Part shown: in pieces, positions 1-9,296 of the stretch
How positions within the stretch are numbered: the first letter of the stretch is position 1
Layout: every line of letters begins with the position of its first letter
DNA from: an uncultured Collinsella sp.
Lineage (GTDB): Bacteria; Spirochaetota; Spirochaetia; Treponematales; Treponemataceae
NCBI GenBank assembly: GCA_963613915.1
Contig: CAVEBK010000003.1
Span: 1,702-65,701 of the forward strand
DNA length: 64,000 nt
Direction: 5' to 3'
Made by a program: the position numbers and the translations under genes
Notes under the pieces: generated by a model
Database searches by the model: none
What the model was told of the DNA's origin: nothing
What the model saw: the letters and a program-made list of their open reading frames with translations, nothing else

Positions 1-980
1 TTTCTGATTCTGCCAGTTCAATTATCCAGCTTTTAGGCTTTAAACTCGCCTCAAAAGAACCGGACAAAAACCATCCGTTCGGTCACGGCCGTCTCGAATA
101 CATTTCAGGCCTGTTAATCAGTTTTTTAATTCTTTTAATGGGATTTGAACTTTTAAAATCTTCTGTAATTTCAATTTTTGCTCCGCAGGAACTTTGTGCA
201 GGAACTTTTTCGATTGCAATAATGGCAGTTTCGATTGCAGTTAAATGCCTTATGTTTTTTTACAATCATTCAATGGCAAAAAAACTGAATTCAGTTTCCC
301 TCGAAGCAGTTGCAAAAGACAGCCTTACAGACTGCATTTCTACCCTTGCAGTAATAATTGCAGCCCTGGCCAGCCGCTTTGTAAATCTTCCGCTCGACGG
401 AATTGCAGGAACAATCGTTGCCCTTTTTATCATAAAAACCGGCTGGGAAAGCGCCAGCGACACAATTGCCCCGCTCTTAGGAAAGGCACCTACAAAAGAA
501 TTTGTAATGCAGATCCAGAACGAAGTTTTAAAGCATCAGCCAATCTGCGGAATGCACGACTTAATCGTTCACGACTACGGTCCTGGCCGGCTTCTTTTAA
601 GCCTGCATGCAGAAGTTCCGGGCGACAGGGATATTTTTGAACTCCACGAAATAATCGACGAAACAGAGCAGGCACTTTCCAAAAAGTTTAAATGCCTTGC
701 AGTAATCCACATGGATCCGATCGACACTAAAAACGAACGGCTCAACAACATAAAACTTTTTATGTTAAAGGAACTGCCAAAAATTGACGGGGATTTAAAG
801 TTCCACGATGTCCGCTTAGTTCCGGGCAAAAAGCACACAAACCTGATTTTTGACATTGTAAAGCCGTACAACTGCCCTTTTACAGACAAAACCTTAAAAT
901 CGCGGGTAAACAGACTTATAAAAGACAATTATTCCGACGTAAACTGCGTAATTACGATTGATTCGCCGTTTGTGCAATAA
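1..980 (+). CDS. cation diffusion facilitator (CDF) family metal-efflux transporter, 5' end outside window
   Basis: The frame of ORF 138..980 stays open back to the window edge (..KNHPFGHGRLEYISGLLISF..). It has CDF transmembrane and C-terminal cytoplasmic domain features (HAEVPGD, VIHMDP). Confidence 0.8.
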   Translation, partial: SDSASSIIQLLGFKLASKEPDKNHPFGHGRLEYISGLLISFLILLMGFELLKSSVISIFAPQELCAGTFSIAIMAVSIAVKCLMFFYNHSMAKKLNSVSLEAVAKDSLTDCISTLAVIIAALASRFVNLPLDGIAGTIVALFIIKTGWESASDTIAPLLGKAPTKEFVMQIQNEVLKHQPICGMHDLIVHDYGPGRLLLSLHAEVPGDRDIFELHEIIDETEQALSKKFKCLAVIHMDPIDTKNERLNNIKLFMLKELPKIDGDLKFHDVRLVPGKKHTNLIFDIVKPYNCPFTDKTLKSRVNRLIKDNYSDVNCVITIDSPFVQ

Positions 981-1027
981 GGTTCAATTTATTATAATCT
1001 TTCCTTGATTTTTTATTCGGGCGCATT

Positions 1028-1130
1028 TTTGTGGCAGGCCACAAAAACCGGGTCTTGCGTGGCTGCGGCGTCTTGCGCGCCTCCGGTGCCCTGCACCGCG
1101 CTGCGCGCGCCACTCCACCCCCTTGCGCAA
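1028..1130 (+). repeat. GC-rich structured intergenic element, copy R1 (orientation label arbitrary: + means hairpin H1-boxL-centre-boxR)
   Basis: Hairpin ttgtggc/gccacaa, then ccgggtcttgcgtggctgcggcg..gcgcctccggtgc..gcgcgccactcc. It shares boxes with the copies at 5272, 20972 and 59245. Confidence 0.75.
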
Positions 1131-1143
1131 AAAGGTAATTTTT

Positions 1144-1626
1144 ATGGACACAAAAGAACTTTACAGAGAAATATTAAACGACCATAACGTAAATCCGGCA
1201 CACAAAGAACAGATGCCTGACGCAACAATCCAGCTCCACGGAATAAACCCGAGCTGCGGCGACAATATTGTTCTTTTCTTAAAGACAAAAGACGGAATCA
1301 TTACAGACGGTTCGTACACTGGTTCCGGCTGTGCAATAAGCCAGGCAAGCGTAGACATGATGCTTGACCTTGTAATCGGTAAAAATCAGGAAGAAGCATT
1401 AAAACTTTACGACATCTTTACTTCAATGATCCACGGAACAGCAAAACCGCAAGACATTGAACAGTTAGACGAAGCTTCTTCGCTTGCAGATATTTCTCAT
1501 ATGCCGAGCCGTGTAAAATGTGCAGAACTCGGCTGGAGAACCCTGCACGAAATGCTTTCGGCACCTGTAAAAACAGAAGAACTGCACAAACAGGCTTTTC
1601 AAAACCACGAAAACTGTCCGGTTTAA
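1144..1626 (+). CDS. sufU: SUF-type NifU/IscU-like Fe-S cluster scaffold (SufU)
   Basis: Contains NPSCGDNI, GSGCAISQAS and a C-terminal RVKC Cys motif. I moved the start to ATG 1144, because the upstream TTG start lies inside repeat R1. Confidence 0.8.
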   Translation: MDTKELYREILNDHNVNPAHKEQMPDATIQLHGINPSCGDNIVLFLKTKDGIITDGSYTGSGCAISQASVDMMLDLVIGKNQEEALKLYDIFTSMIHGTAKPQDIEQLDEASSLADISHMPSRVKCAELGWRTLHEMLSAPVKTEELHKQAFQNHENCPV

Positions 1627-1759
1627 AAGGGCGCGGACGGTGCATTTTTAGTTTTTCTGTCCAAAACAGCCCGTGCTGGAGCAGCGCCGGAGGCGGTCCT
1701 GAAAGGACCGAGGGTTACCGAGCTGCGCAAGGACGGACGCGGGCAGAAAAATGTGCTCC

Positions 1760-2707
1760 TTAAATAACAGAAAACATATTTTTAATTTCTTCCTTCCATA
1801 ACGACACAAGTTCCGGAGGTTCGAGAGGACGGGCATTTGAACCGAATTTTAAAATATTCGACAGAACTTCTGTCAAATTTGCTGCAGGAAACGAAAGTTC
1901 AATAAAAGAAGAGCCGTTTGCCTGCCATTCGCGCACGCTTTGCTTTGGATGCCAGAGCTGACTCCGCACAATCTGCACTGCTTTTTTAGAAAATTCGATT
2001 TTTACTGTCTGTGTTTTTTCTCCAAGGAAAATTCCAAAACCGCTGTCGAGATAGGCGCTGACTTTTTTATTAAAATCAGGGCCGTGGTCTAAAAACTTTA
2101 TTTTAGTTGAAGTGAGTTTTTTTATGCGGGCAACGTTAAAAGTCCTGAGTTCGTTACGTTTGTGATCAAAGGCAATGACATACCAGTTTCCGCCGTAGTT
2201 TATTAAGTTGCACGGTTCAATTCTGCGCACTGATTCTTCGTTTTTGGAATTAACATAAGTTAATTCAAGGCAGTTTTTTTCTCTCAGGGCAGAACAGATT
2301 CCTGTAAAAAACTGCGGTTCAAGGCTTTCTGCTGCAGGAACCTGGTAGAGTATTTTGTCGCAGATTTCTAAATATTCTTTTGGAATCTGTGTTTTTAAGT
2401 TCTGCAGAAGTTCATTGCTTACGGCCGGAAAATAATTTGCATTTTTTAGCATTGACTGCATTACAAGATACGAAAGAATTAAATGCTGGTCTGCAAACTT
2501 TAACTGCTCAAAGCTTTTTGCATAAATGTAGGCGCGGCATTTTGCATTCCACTCGATCGGTGCTTCAAAACGGTCGCGCATGTATTCAATATCGCGCTTA
2601 ACCTGACGTTCGCTTACTTCAAATTCGTTTACGACATCTTTTAAGGTTAAACTGCCGGTATTACGAAGCCGGCGGTCAATAAATAAAATTCTTTCTGTCT
2701 GGCTCAT
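1760..2707 (-). CDS. HTH + WYL domain transcriptional regulator
   Basis: N-terminal DeoR-like HTH (LTLKDVVNEFEVSERQVKRDIEYM) and a central WYL-type motif (GGNWYVIAFDHKRNELRTFNVARI). Confidence 0.8.
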   Translation of the reverse strand: MSQTERILFIDRRLRNTGSLTLKDVVNEFEVSERQVKRDIEYMRDRFEAPIEWNAKCRAYIYAKSFEQLKFADQHLILSYLVMQSMLKNANYFPAVSNELLQNLKTQIPKEYLEICDKILYQVPAAESLEPQFFTGICSALREKNCLELTYVNSKNEESVRRIEPCNLINYGGNWYVIAFDHKRNELRTFNVARIKKLTSTKIKFLDHGPDFNKKVSAYLDSGFGIFLGEKTQTVKIEFSKKAVQIVRSQLWHPKQSVREWQANGSSFIELSFPAANLTEVLSNILKFGSNARPLEPPELVSLWKEEIKNMFSVI

Positions 2708-2822
2708 GCTTTTATTATAAGCAGAATTACGTTTTATAAAAACTGAATAAATTTTAAGAAAATCGCGACATCTGTTTTTCCTATTTTCTTAAAACTGCAA
2801 ATTCACTAAACTCTTGTGCATT

Positions 2823-3449
2823 ATGTTTAACGAAATCAAAAAATCAATTGTGTCAGGCATCCTTATTTCAATCGGCGGATGCGTTTACATGGCTAGTATT
2901 AGTGCCGGCTTAAGCTGGTTTGGTGCACTGCTTTTCTGCGGTGGTCTTTTTGCAATCTGCATCTACGGTTTTAACCTTTACACAGGAAAAGTCGGTTACA
3001 TTGCATACAATTTTAAAGACGGCAGATACTGGTTTCTTGTTGCTTTAATCTGCTTCTTTAACCTTCTTACAACTTTTTTAATCGGAATTGTCGTAGGAAA
3101 GTATTTTCCTGCTGTAAAAGAACCGGCTGTAAAAGCCTATGCTGCAAAACTTTCTGCTCCACTTGCAAAATCATTTATTTCTGCCCTTTTCTGCGGAATT
3201 TTAATGTTCCTTTCTGTTGATACCTGGAAAAAAGGTCATAAGCTCGGACTTTTTATCTATGTTCCTGTATTTATAATTGCAGGCTTTGACCACTCAATTG
3301 CAAATTCCTTCTACAACGGAGTTGCATTGAACGCCGACACTTTCACCCTCAAAAACTTTATTCTTGTAATGACAGTTGTTCTCGGCAACGGAATCGGCGG
3401 ATGGATTCTTCCGCTTTTAACAAAAAATCTCGACAGCAAAGAGTCATAA
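2823..3449 (+). CDS. formate/nitrite transporter (FNT) family membrane protein
   Basis: Polytopic membrane protein with the FNT-like signature GFDHSIANSF. ATG at 2823. Confidence 0.7.
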   Translation: MFNEIKKSIVSGILISIGGCVYMASISAGLSWFGALLFCGGLFAICIYGFNLYTGKVGYIAYNFKDGRYWFLVALICFFNLLTTFLIGIVVGKYFPAVKEPAVKAYAAKLSAPLAKSFISALFCGILMFLSVDTWKKGHKLGLFIYVPVFIIAGFDHSIANSFYNGVALNADTFTLKNFILVMTVVLGNGIGGWILPLLTKNLDSKES

Positions 3450-3464
3450 AGAAAAAGCCCTACT

Positions 3465-3491
3465 CCCGCCATCCGTGGCGGGCATTTTTTT
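3465..3491 (+). terminator. rho-independent terminator after the FNT gene
   Basis: cccgcc-atccgt-ggcggg stem-loop followed by caTTTTTTT. Confidence 0.7.
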
Positions 3492-3594
3492 AGAAAAATA
3501 AACTCGACATTCAGCAAAAGCCGGGAATCTGCCAGCAGGCCTGTCTGAAAAGACCTTTGCCCCTGCATTTTTTTTCATTCAATCCTGTTTTTAG

Positions 3595-3603
3595 TGATAT
3601 AAT
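3595..3603 (+). promoter_or_regulatory. extended -10 promoter element (TGaTATAAT) upstream of pgi
   Basis: tgatataat lies 64 nt upstream of the pgi ATG. The -35 is weak. Confidence 0.4.
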
Positions 3604-3666
3604 CTTTACAACACAATGACTGGTACACTCTGCCGGTCTTTATATTTTTTTTACTGGAGAACTTAT

Positions 3667-5253
3667 ATGTCTGTCTTATGGGAAAACTTAAACACACTTG
3701 AATCTTATAAAAAGCTTGAGTCGCTCAAAGGCGCCGTAAGCCTTGTAAACGAACTTGATGGAGAAAAAGGAGCAGAACGAGTAAAAAAATATTCTGTAAA
3801 AATGGGCGCCGGCCTCACTTACAACTACGCTGCAAAACAGGTAAACGAAAAAGTACTTAAAGTTCTTGAAGAACTTGCACAGGAAGCACAGCTTACTCAA
3901 AAGTTTGAAGAACTTTACAACGGAGCAGTCGTAAATACAGGAGAAAAACGTCTTGTCTTACATCATTTAACCCGCGGCCAGCTCGGCAAAGCAGTTATTG
4001 CAGACGGAACTGACAAGCGCGAATTCTACAAAAACGAGCAGAAAAGAATTGCAGACTTTGCAGAAAAAATCCATTCTGGAAAAATTGCTAACGCAAAAGG
4101 CGAAAAATTTTCAACAGTAGTACAGATTGGTATCGGAGGAAGCGATTTAGGTCCGCGCGCAATGTATCTTGCCCTCGAAAACTGGGCAAAAACAAACGGC
4201 ACATTCAAAATGGCAGCAAAATTCATTTCGAATGTAGATCCTGACGATGCAAGTGCAGTTTTAAAAGAAGTTGACCTTCCGCATTCACTTTTTATCCTTG
4301 TTTCAAAATCAGGAACGACCCTCGAAACCTTAACAAACGAAGCATTCGTAAAAGACGCACTCAAAAAGGCAGGATTAAATCCGGCAAACCACATGATTGC
4401 CGTAACTTCAGAAACTTCACCTTTAGCACACAATCCGGACTATCTCGAAGCCTTCTACATGGACGACTACATAGGCGGACGATATTCTTCAACTTCAGGA
4501 GTTGGCGGAGCTGTTCTTTCCCTTGCATTCGGCCCGAAAGTTTTTGCAGACTTTTTAGACGGAGCTGCACAGGAAGATAAACTTGCATGCAATCCTTCAA
4601 TCTACGAAAATCCTGCAATGCTCGACGCCTTAATCGGAATCTACGAGCGCAACGTTCAGGAATATCCGGCAACAGCAGTTCTTCCGTACAGCCAGGCACT
4701 GAGCCGTTTTCCTGCACACCTGCAGCAGCTCGACATGGAATCCAACGGAAAATCAGTAAACCGTTTCGGACAGAAAATCAATTATGTTACAGGTCCGGTA
4801 ATTTTTGGTGAACCGGGAACAAACGGCCAGCATTCTTTCTACCAGCTTTTACACCAGGGAACGACGATTGTTCCATTGCAGTTCATTGCATTTAAGAAAA
4901 ACCAGACAAAGGTTGACGTCGAAATAGAAGGTTCAGCAAGCCAGAAAAAACTCGATGCAAACGTAACCGCACAGATTATGGCGTTTGCCTGCGGAAAAGC
5001 AGACGAAGATCCAAATAAATCTTTTGCAGGAGAACGTCCTTCAAGCTTAATTTACGGCGAAGAACTTAATCCAGAAACACTCGGTGCCCTTCTTGCACAC
5101 TACGAAAATAAAGTTATGTTCCAGGGCTTTGTGTGGAACATCAACAGTTTTGACCAGGAAGGCGTACAGCTTGGAAAAAAACTTGCTAAAAAAGTCCTTG
5201 CCCACGACACGGCAGGAGCTTTAAAAGCATACGCAGACCTTTTAGAAATCTAA
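3667..5253 (+). CDS. pgi: glucose-6-phosphate isomerase
   Basis: Motifs GIGGSDLGP and SKSGTTLET. GGAGA Shine-Dalgarno before ATG 3667. Confidence 0.95.
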   Translation: MSVLWENLNTLESYKKLESLKGAVSLVNELDGEKGAERVKKYSVKMGAGLTYNYAAKQVNEKVLKVLEELAQEAQLTQKFEELYNGAVVNTGEKRLVLHHLTRGQLGKAVIADGTDKREFYKNEQKRIADFAEKIHSGKIANAKGEKFSTVVQIGIGGSDLGPRAMYLALENWAKTNGTFKMAAKFISNVDPDDASAVLKEVDLPHSLFILVSKSGTTLETLTNEAFVKDALKKAGLNPANHMIAVTSETSPLAHNPDYLEAFYMDDYIGGRYSSTSGVGGAVLSLAFGPKVFADFLDGAAQEDKLACNPSIYENPAMLDALIGIYERNVQEYPATAVLPYSQALSRFPAHLQQLDMESNGKSVNRFGQKINYVTGPVIFGEPGTNGQHSFYQLLHQGTTIVPLQFIAFKKNQTKVDVEIEGSASQKKLDANVTAQIMAFACGKADEDPNKSFAGERPSSLIYGEELNPETLGALLAHYENKVMFQGFVWNINSFDQEGVQLGKKLAKKVLAHDTAGALKAYADLLEI

Positions 5254-5271
5254 ATGAATAAAAAAGATTAA

Positions 5272-5385
5272 GAGGGCCTTCCCTTCCCTGCGGAAGGTCG
5301 CGCTTTTCATGGCTGCGGCTTTCGCCTCCGGTATTTTTGCCTTGCAAAAACACCCGCTTCGCGGCCATTACAATCGCTAAGGCAA
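5272..5385 (+). repeat. GC-rich structured intergenic element, copy R2
   Basis: Hairpin ccttcc/ggaagg, box tcgcgcttttcatggctgcggc, central gcctccggt plus tttttgc/gcaaaaa hairpin, box cttcgcggccattacaatcgc. Confidence 0.75.
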
Positions 5386-5392
5386 AACCAAA

Positions 5393-5431
5393 CATAAAAA
5401 AAAGGCTTCTGAAAACTTTCAGAAGCCTTTT
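5393..5431. terminator. bidirectional stem-loop terminator (strong for minus-strand tRNA-Leu, weaker for pgi)
   Basis: aaggcttctga..tcagaagcctt stem of about 11 bp. An A-run lies on the left (a T-run on the minus strand) and TTTT on the right. Confidence 0.65.
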
Positions 5432-5442
5432 GCATGCCTTAA

Positions 5443-5530
5443 TGCCGAGAACCAGAATCGAACTGGCACGGCCGTTTGAATTGCCGAGGGATTTTAAGTC
5501 CCTTGTGTCTACCTATTCCACCATCTCGGC
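5443..5530 (-). tRNA. tRNA-Leu (anticodon UAA)
   Basis: Reverse complement GCCGAGATGGTGGAATAGGTAGACACAAGGGACTTAAAATCCCT..GGTTCGATTCTGGTTCTCGGCA folds as a cloverleaf with a long variable arm. The anticodon loop is CTTAAAA. Confidence 0.9.
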
Positions 5531-5633
5531 ATTGTTGAATGAATATTTCAAACAACTCGAGTATATTAACAAAATTAAGGATTTTTTTCAAGTCTCTTGA
5601 AAATCAATTTTCATAATATTAAAATTGCCGACT

Positions 5634-6506
5634 ATGTTCAGCGATACACATTTTCATTTTCATCATCTTACAGAAGAACGCGCACTTAACGGTTCTGAAA
5701 TTTTACAGAAACTCTGCGAACGCGACACCTTTTTTGCCCTTGATATCGGAACACGCGCAGACGACCTTTTGCCGCGTCAAAATGCAATCAAAGAAGAAAT
5801 TTCAAAACTGCCGCAAGGCTTACAGAAACAGGCAGACAACTTTATTTTTTACGCTGCCGGAATCTGGCCCGACGTAGACGAAATAAAAGACAGAGACAAC
5901 GCCATAAAAACATTAAAAGCAAATATCCAGGAATTCTCTAAAACTTCTGATAAAAAGCTGGTTGCAATCGGAGAATGCGGAATTGACCACCACTGGAACC
6001 CTTCTGGAGCAGACGGCCGCGACGAAAACGACTTTAATGCAGACATTTTTAAAGGCGAAAAAGAACTTTTCTGCATGCAGCTTGAATACGCAAAAAGCTT
6101 AAATCTGCCGGTAATCGTGCATTCAAGAGATGCATTCGAAGACAGCGTAGACTACATAAAAGAAACAGGCTATAACAACGGAATAATTCACTGTTTCAGC
6201 TACGGAATTGAAGAAGCAAAAACTTTTCTGGATCTAGGCTGGTATCTGGCATTTGGCGGAGCAACAACTTACACAAAAAAGTCAAAAATGCAGGCAATGA
6301 CAGAACTCCTGCGCTACGTACCGGAAGACAGGCTTCTTTTAGAAACCGATTCTCCATATCTTGCCCCAGTTCCGTTCCGTGGACAGACAAACACCCCCGT
6401 TCTGATTGAATATGTTTACAATTTTATAGCACAGGCGCGCAATACAAGCCCTCAGGAACTAAGCGACCTTGTAGACACTAATATAAAAACACTTTTTAAG
6501 CTTTAA
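5634..6506 (+). CDS. TatD family metal-dependent hydrolase
   Basis: N-terminal DTHFHFHH, then GECGIDHH and HSRDA motifs. Confidence 0.85.
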   Translation: MFSDTHFHFHHLTEERALNGSEILQKLCERDTFFALDIGTRADDLLPRQNAIKEEISKLPQGLQKQADNFIFYAAGIWPDVDEIKDRDNAIKTLKANIQEFSKTSDKKLVAIGECGIDHHWNPSGADGRDENDFNADIFKGEKELFCMQLEYAKSLNLPVIVHSRDAFEDSVDYIKETGYNNGIIHCFSYGIEEAKTFLDLGWYLAFGGATTYTKKSKMQAMTELLRYVPEDRLLLETDSPYLAPVPFRGQTNTPVLIEYVYNFIAQARNTSPQELSDLVDTNIKTLFKL

Positions 6507-6513
6507 AGGCGTT

Positions 6514-7062
6514 TTATTTTACCTGGGAATATAAGCCTGCCATCGTATCCCGCCATTCTCCGCGTTTTGCGTCGCGGGCTTCCCATTCAATTTCTTTTAC
6601 GATTGAAAAATGGCGCATATCGTGTACGTTTTCAAAGTGAAGAATGGCAAATTTTCCGTTTCCAATATAAGTTACCTTATCATTTGGAGTTAAGGTTTCA
6701 CGCTCAGAAAGTTTTTTGATTACACAGTCAAAATGAACAGGACTTCCACTTTCCTGGTCATTTATTGCACTAGCAAGATCATTTATAGGCTCACCGCAAA
6801 ATTTGCAATTAACAACATTTGCTTTAAAAGCCTTGATTTCTTCATTCTGTTTTTGAATTTCTGCATTTGAAACAGCTCTGGATGGAACAAAATTTCTTGA
6901 TTTTTCGTGTCTAAAAGATTTATTTTGTGATGTTGAAAAAGAATTCTGACTGTTATTTGAATTTTCTGTATTTTTTGAATTCCAGCTACCGCGATTTTTT
7001 GCACGGTGATGATTATCTCGGCTCATTTCTTCTCCCATTGTACGGGCGTTCGTTTTCTTCAA
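6514..7062 (-). CDS. hypothetical protein with a Cys-x2-Cys..H-x2-C motif and a low-complexity basic N-terminus
   Basis: Long ORF with CKFCGEP...VHFDC. The start is uncertain (internal Met residues at 7038 and 7026). Confidence 0.55.
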   Translation of the reverse strand: MKKTNARTMGEEMSRDNHHRAKNRGSWNSKNTENSNNSQNSFSTSQNKSFRHEKSRNFVPSRAVSNAEIQKQNEEIKAFKANVVNCKFCGEPINDLASAINDQESGSPVHFDCVIKKLSERETLTPNDKVTYIGNGKFAILHFENVHDMRHFSIVKEIEWEARDAKRGEWRDTMAGLYSQVK

Positions 7063-7195
7063 CCAGTTTTCGACTTAAAACCTGGGCAATTCTCTGCACG
7101 GCAAAGTCTAAATATTCTGAATCATGAATTTTTCTTCTTAATTCCAGTACACGATCAGAATATTGATTGTCTAACGATTTTGAAATAGCAGTCAT
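7013..7195 (-). CDS. small hypothetical protein (60 aa)
   Basis: ORF in operon context between the YraN gene and the 6514 gene. It overlaps both neighbours slightly. No family recognised. Confidence 0.3.
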   Translation of the reverse strand: MTAISKSLDNQYSDRVLELRRKIHDSEYLDFAVQRIAQVLSRKLVEENERPYNGRRNEPR

Positions 7196-7629
7196 ACAAG
7201 CTCCGAGAAAGCATCCGCAATATGATAAACAGGTTCAAACTGTGGCATATCAACCACAAGAACGTCAAAACGGATTTTGCTGTTATTATATTGTCGATAT
7301 TTTGCAAGAAAGAATTTAGCAGTTTCTATTATCCTTTTTTGCTTTCTCTGATTAAGCTCGTGTGAAAGAACTTCAAGTCCGCCACTTGGCAAAGTTTTTA
7401 CTTCCGCAAAAACTAAAATATCTTTATACAACGCAATTATATCAATTTCCCCGCGTCGTGTCCGCCAGTTTCTGGCAATAATTTCGTAACCTTTAGACAA
7501 TAAAAAATCAGCGGCCTTGTTTTCGCCGCTGTTGCCTACACTTTTTGTAGATTGAAAATTCTGAAACTGTCCGTTTTTAGTTGAATCAGCTGACCTGCTC
7601 AACTTCTTCAAGTTCCTCCAGTTCTTCAA
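7192..7629 (-). CDS. YraN/UPF0102 family endonuclease-like protein
   Basis: GENKAADFLLSKGYEIIARNWRTRRGEIDIIA..FAEVKT. Confidence 0.8.
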   Translation of the reverse strand: MKNWRNLKKLSRSADSTKNGQFQNFQSTKSVGNSGENKAADFLLSKGYEIIARNWRTRRGEIDIIALYKDILVFAEVKTLPSGGLEVLSHELNQRKQKRIIETAKFFLAKYRQYNNSKIRFDVLVVDMPQFEPVYHIADAFSELV

Positions 7630-7876
7630 CTTCTTCTACATCATCAAAGTTTTCTGCCGAATCAACGGCATAATCATTAATCTTATGACCATAAGTAAGT
7701 AAAAACGGAATATTCCACCGTTTTAAAGCATCGATATGATATTTTTTTGCAGTTTTTCTTTCTGCAAGGAACATATTTACACCATCATCAAAAAAAACAG
7801 GAGCGGTAAACCTTACTCCAAGCTGAATTTCTGAACATGGAATCTTTACATAATCTTTTTTTACTTCTCCGCTCAT
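7586..7876 (-). CDS. hypothetical protein with an acidic C-terminal tail
   Basis: 96-aa ORF in the operon. No family recognised. Confidence 0.45.
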   Translation of the reverse strand: MSGEVKKDYVKIPCSEIQLGVRFTAPVFFDDGVNMFLAERKTAKKYHIDALKRWNIPFLLTYGHKINDYAVDSAENFDDVEEVEELEELEEVEQVS

Positions 7877-7915
7877 CTTCTAATTTTCTCCCAAAAATTT
7901 GAGTTTGAGTTTGTT

Positions 7916-8173
7916 TTAAGACTTCTCTTCTATTGCCTGAATAGCAGCAAAAACCTTTGCGACTGCTTCGTACAGTTCTTCAGGAATGCAGTGGCCTGCA
8001 GGACATAAAGAAAGAACATTCGTCAAATTTTCATTCTTTACGACCGGAATATGGTTTTCTTCTGCAATTTTTAGAATTTTCTTTGCAGAAAAATCTTTTC
8101 CACTGGCATTTATAAAAGGAGCCTGTGCTCCAGCCGGGTATCGAAGGGCGACAGCTTTTTTAACTTTAGTCAT
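7916..8173 (-). CDS. FlhB C-terminal-domain-like (EscU/YscU family, YlqH-like) protein
   Basis: KAVALRY..APFINASGKD..AEENHIPVVKNENL..L matches the FlhB C-terminal domain. Confidence 0.8.
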   Translation of the reverse strand: MTKVKKAVALRYPAGAQAPFINASGKDFSAKKILKIAEENHIPVVKNENLTNVLSLCPAGHCIPEELYEAVAKVFAAIQAIEEKS

Positions 8174-9273
8174 TAAGCTTCCCCGTCGAAGGTTCTGAGC
8201 GTAAAACTTTCTGTATCAAAACAGTCGGTTTCGGAAAACTGAACTAATTCAATCTGACAATCCGAAAATGTGTTTTGCAGCACATCCTTTAAAAAACTGA
8301 CCGTCTTGGAATCAAATGTATTTTTTACACCCATTTTTACCGAAGCTACTTTATTATCTTTTAAATATAACACAAACAAATAAGAATTAAGCCTATTTTT
8401 GCAATTTATAAGCATTTTTTGAAGATTTTTTCTATCTTCCGAAAGTAAAACTCTAATTACTCCAGCAAAATTTTTATAATTCCACTCAAAAGGAAGAACA
8501 ATCCAGTGTGCCCCGCCTTTTTTAACCGGTAAAACAGAATTAAATAAAGCTAATTCACCTGCCGGCCGTGTCAAAACTGCTTCTTCAACATTCTTAAAAT
8601 AATCCTGAACGTCGCCCTTTTTTAAAACTTCATTTTTTTGAAGGCTGTTTTTGTTTTGTGGATTTTTTTTATCTTCGTTTTTATCTTTATTTTTTCCGTA
8701 AAGTTCATCAGTAATTTTTTCTACAGCATTTTCTGTAACGCCCAGAGCTTTTTCTTCAAGTAAAATTGAAATTTCTGCCTTTTCAAGATTCCCACTCTCT
8801 TCCGCAGCCGCTTTTTTTATCAGTTTTTGCAATCTTTCAGGCTGAATTTTTATTCCAAGAGAAAGGGCAAACTGAACAAGCTTAAAACTTTCCGCGCAAA
8901 GTGGAAGCCCCAGTTTCAAAAGCATTTTAGAAATTCCAGCGTCCTGTGCATTAAAATCTGAATTAGCCAAACTGACACTTTCAGTCGTATTTGTAAGGCT
9001 TTCAAGAATTTTTAAGCGGACTGTGTTATTCTCCGTAAAAATCTGAGCCTTAAAAACAGAACCTTCTTTTAATGGAAGCTGAGAGAGGACATTTATTTTC
9101 TGTCCGCCGACACTCAGGACATAAGAAGAGGCTCCCTGATAAGAAATAACCCGCACATTAACAATATCTCCGGAACGGAGAAGCCTGTTTTGAGAAGTTA
9201 ACGCAATGTTTTGTGCATTGACAATACGAACGTTTGAATTCATAAAAAAAACCCGGAACATTAAAATATGCAC
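8173..9273 (-). CDS. hypothetical protein upstream of the FlhB-like gene (start 9273 or 9243 uncertain)
   Basis: 366-aa ORF whose stop overlaps the start of the FlhB-like gene. No family assigned from sequence alone. Confidence 0.5.
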   Translation of the reverse strand: MHILMFRVFFMNSNVRIVNAQNIALTSQNRLLRSGDIVNVRVISYQGASSYVLSVGGQKINVLSQLPLKEGSVFKAQIFTENNTVRLKILESLTNTTESVSLANSDFNAQDAGISKMLLKLGLPLCAESFKLVQFALSLGIKIQPERLQKLIKKAAAEESGNLEKAEISILLEEKALGVTENAVEKITDELYGKNKDKNEDKKNPQNKNSLQKNEVLKKGDVQDYFKNVEEAVLTRPAGELALFNSVLPVKKGGAHWIVLPFEWNYKNFAGVIRVLLSEDRKNLQKMLINCKNRLNSYLFVLYLKDNKVASVKMGVKNTFDSKTVSFLKDVLQNTFSDCQIELVQFSETDCFDTESFTLRTFDGEA

Positions 9274-9279
9274 CGGGTT
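9244..9279 (-). terminator. possible terminator after rplS
   Basis: aacccgg..ccgggtt 7-bp stem with a 16-nt loop, followed by a T-run on the minus strand. Confidence 0.4.
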
Positions 9280-9296
9280 CCATTTAAGCAGTTAAA

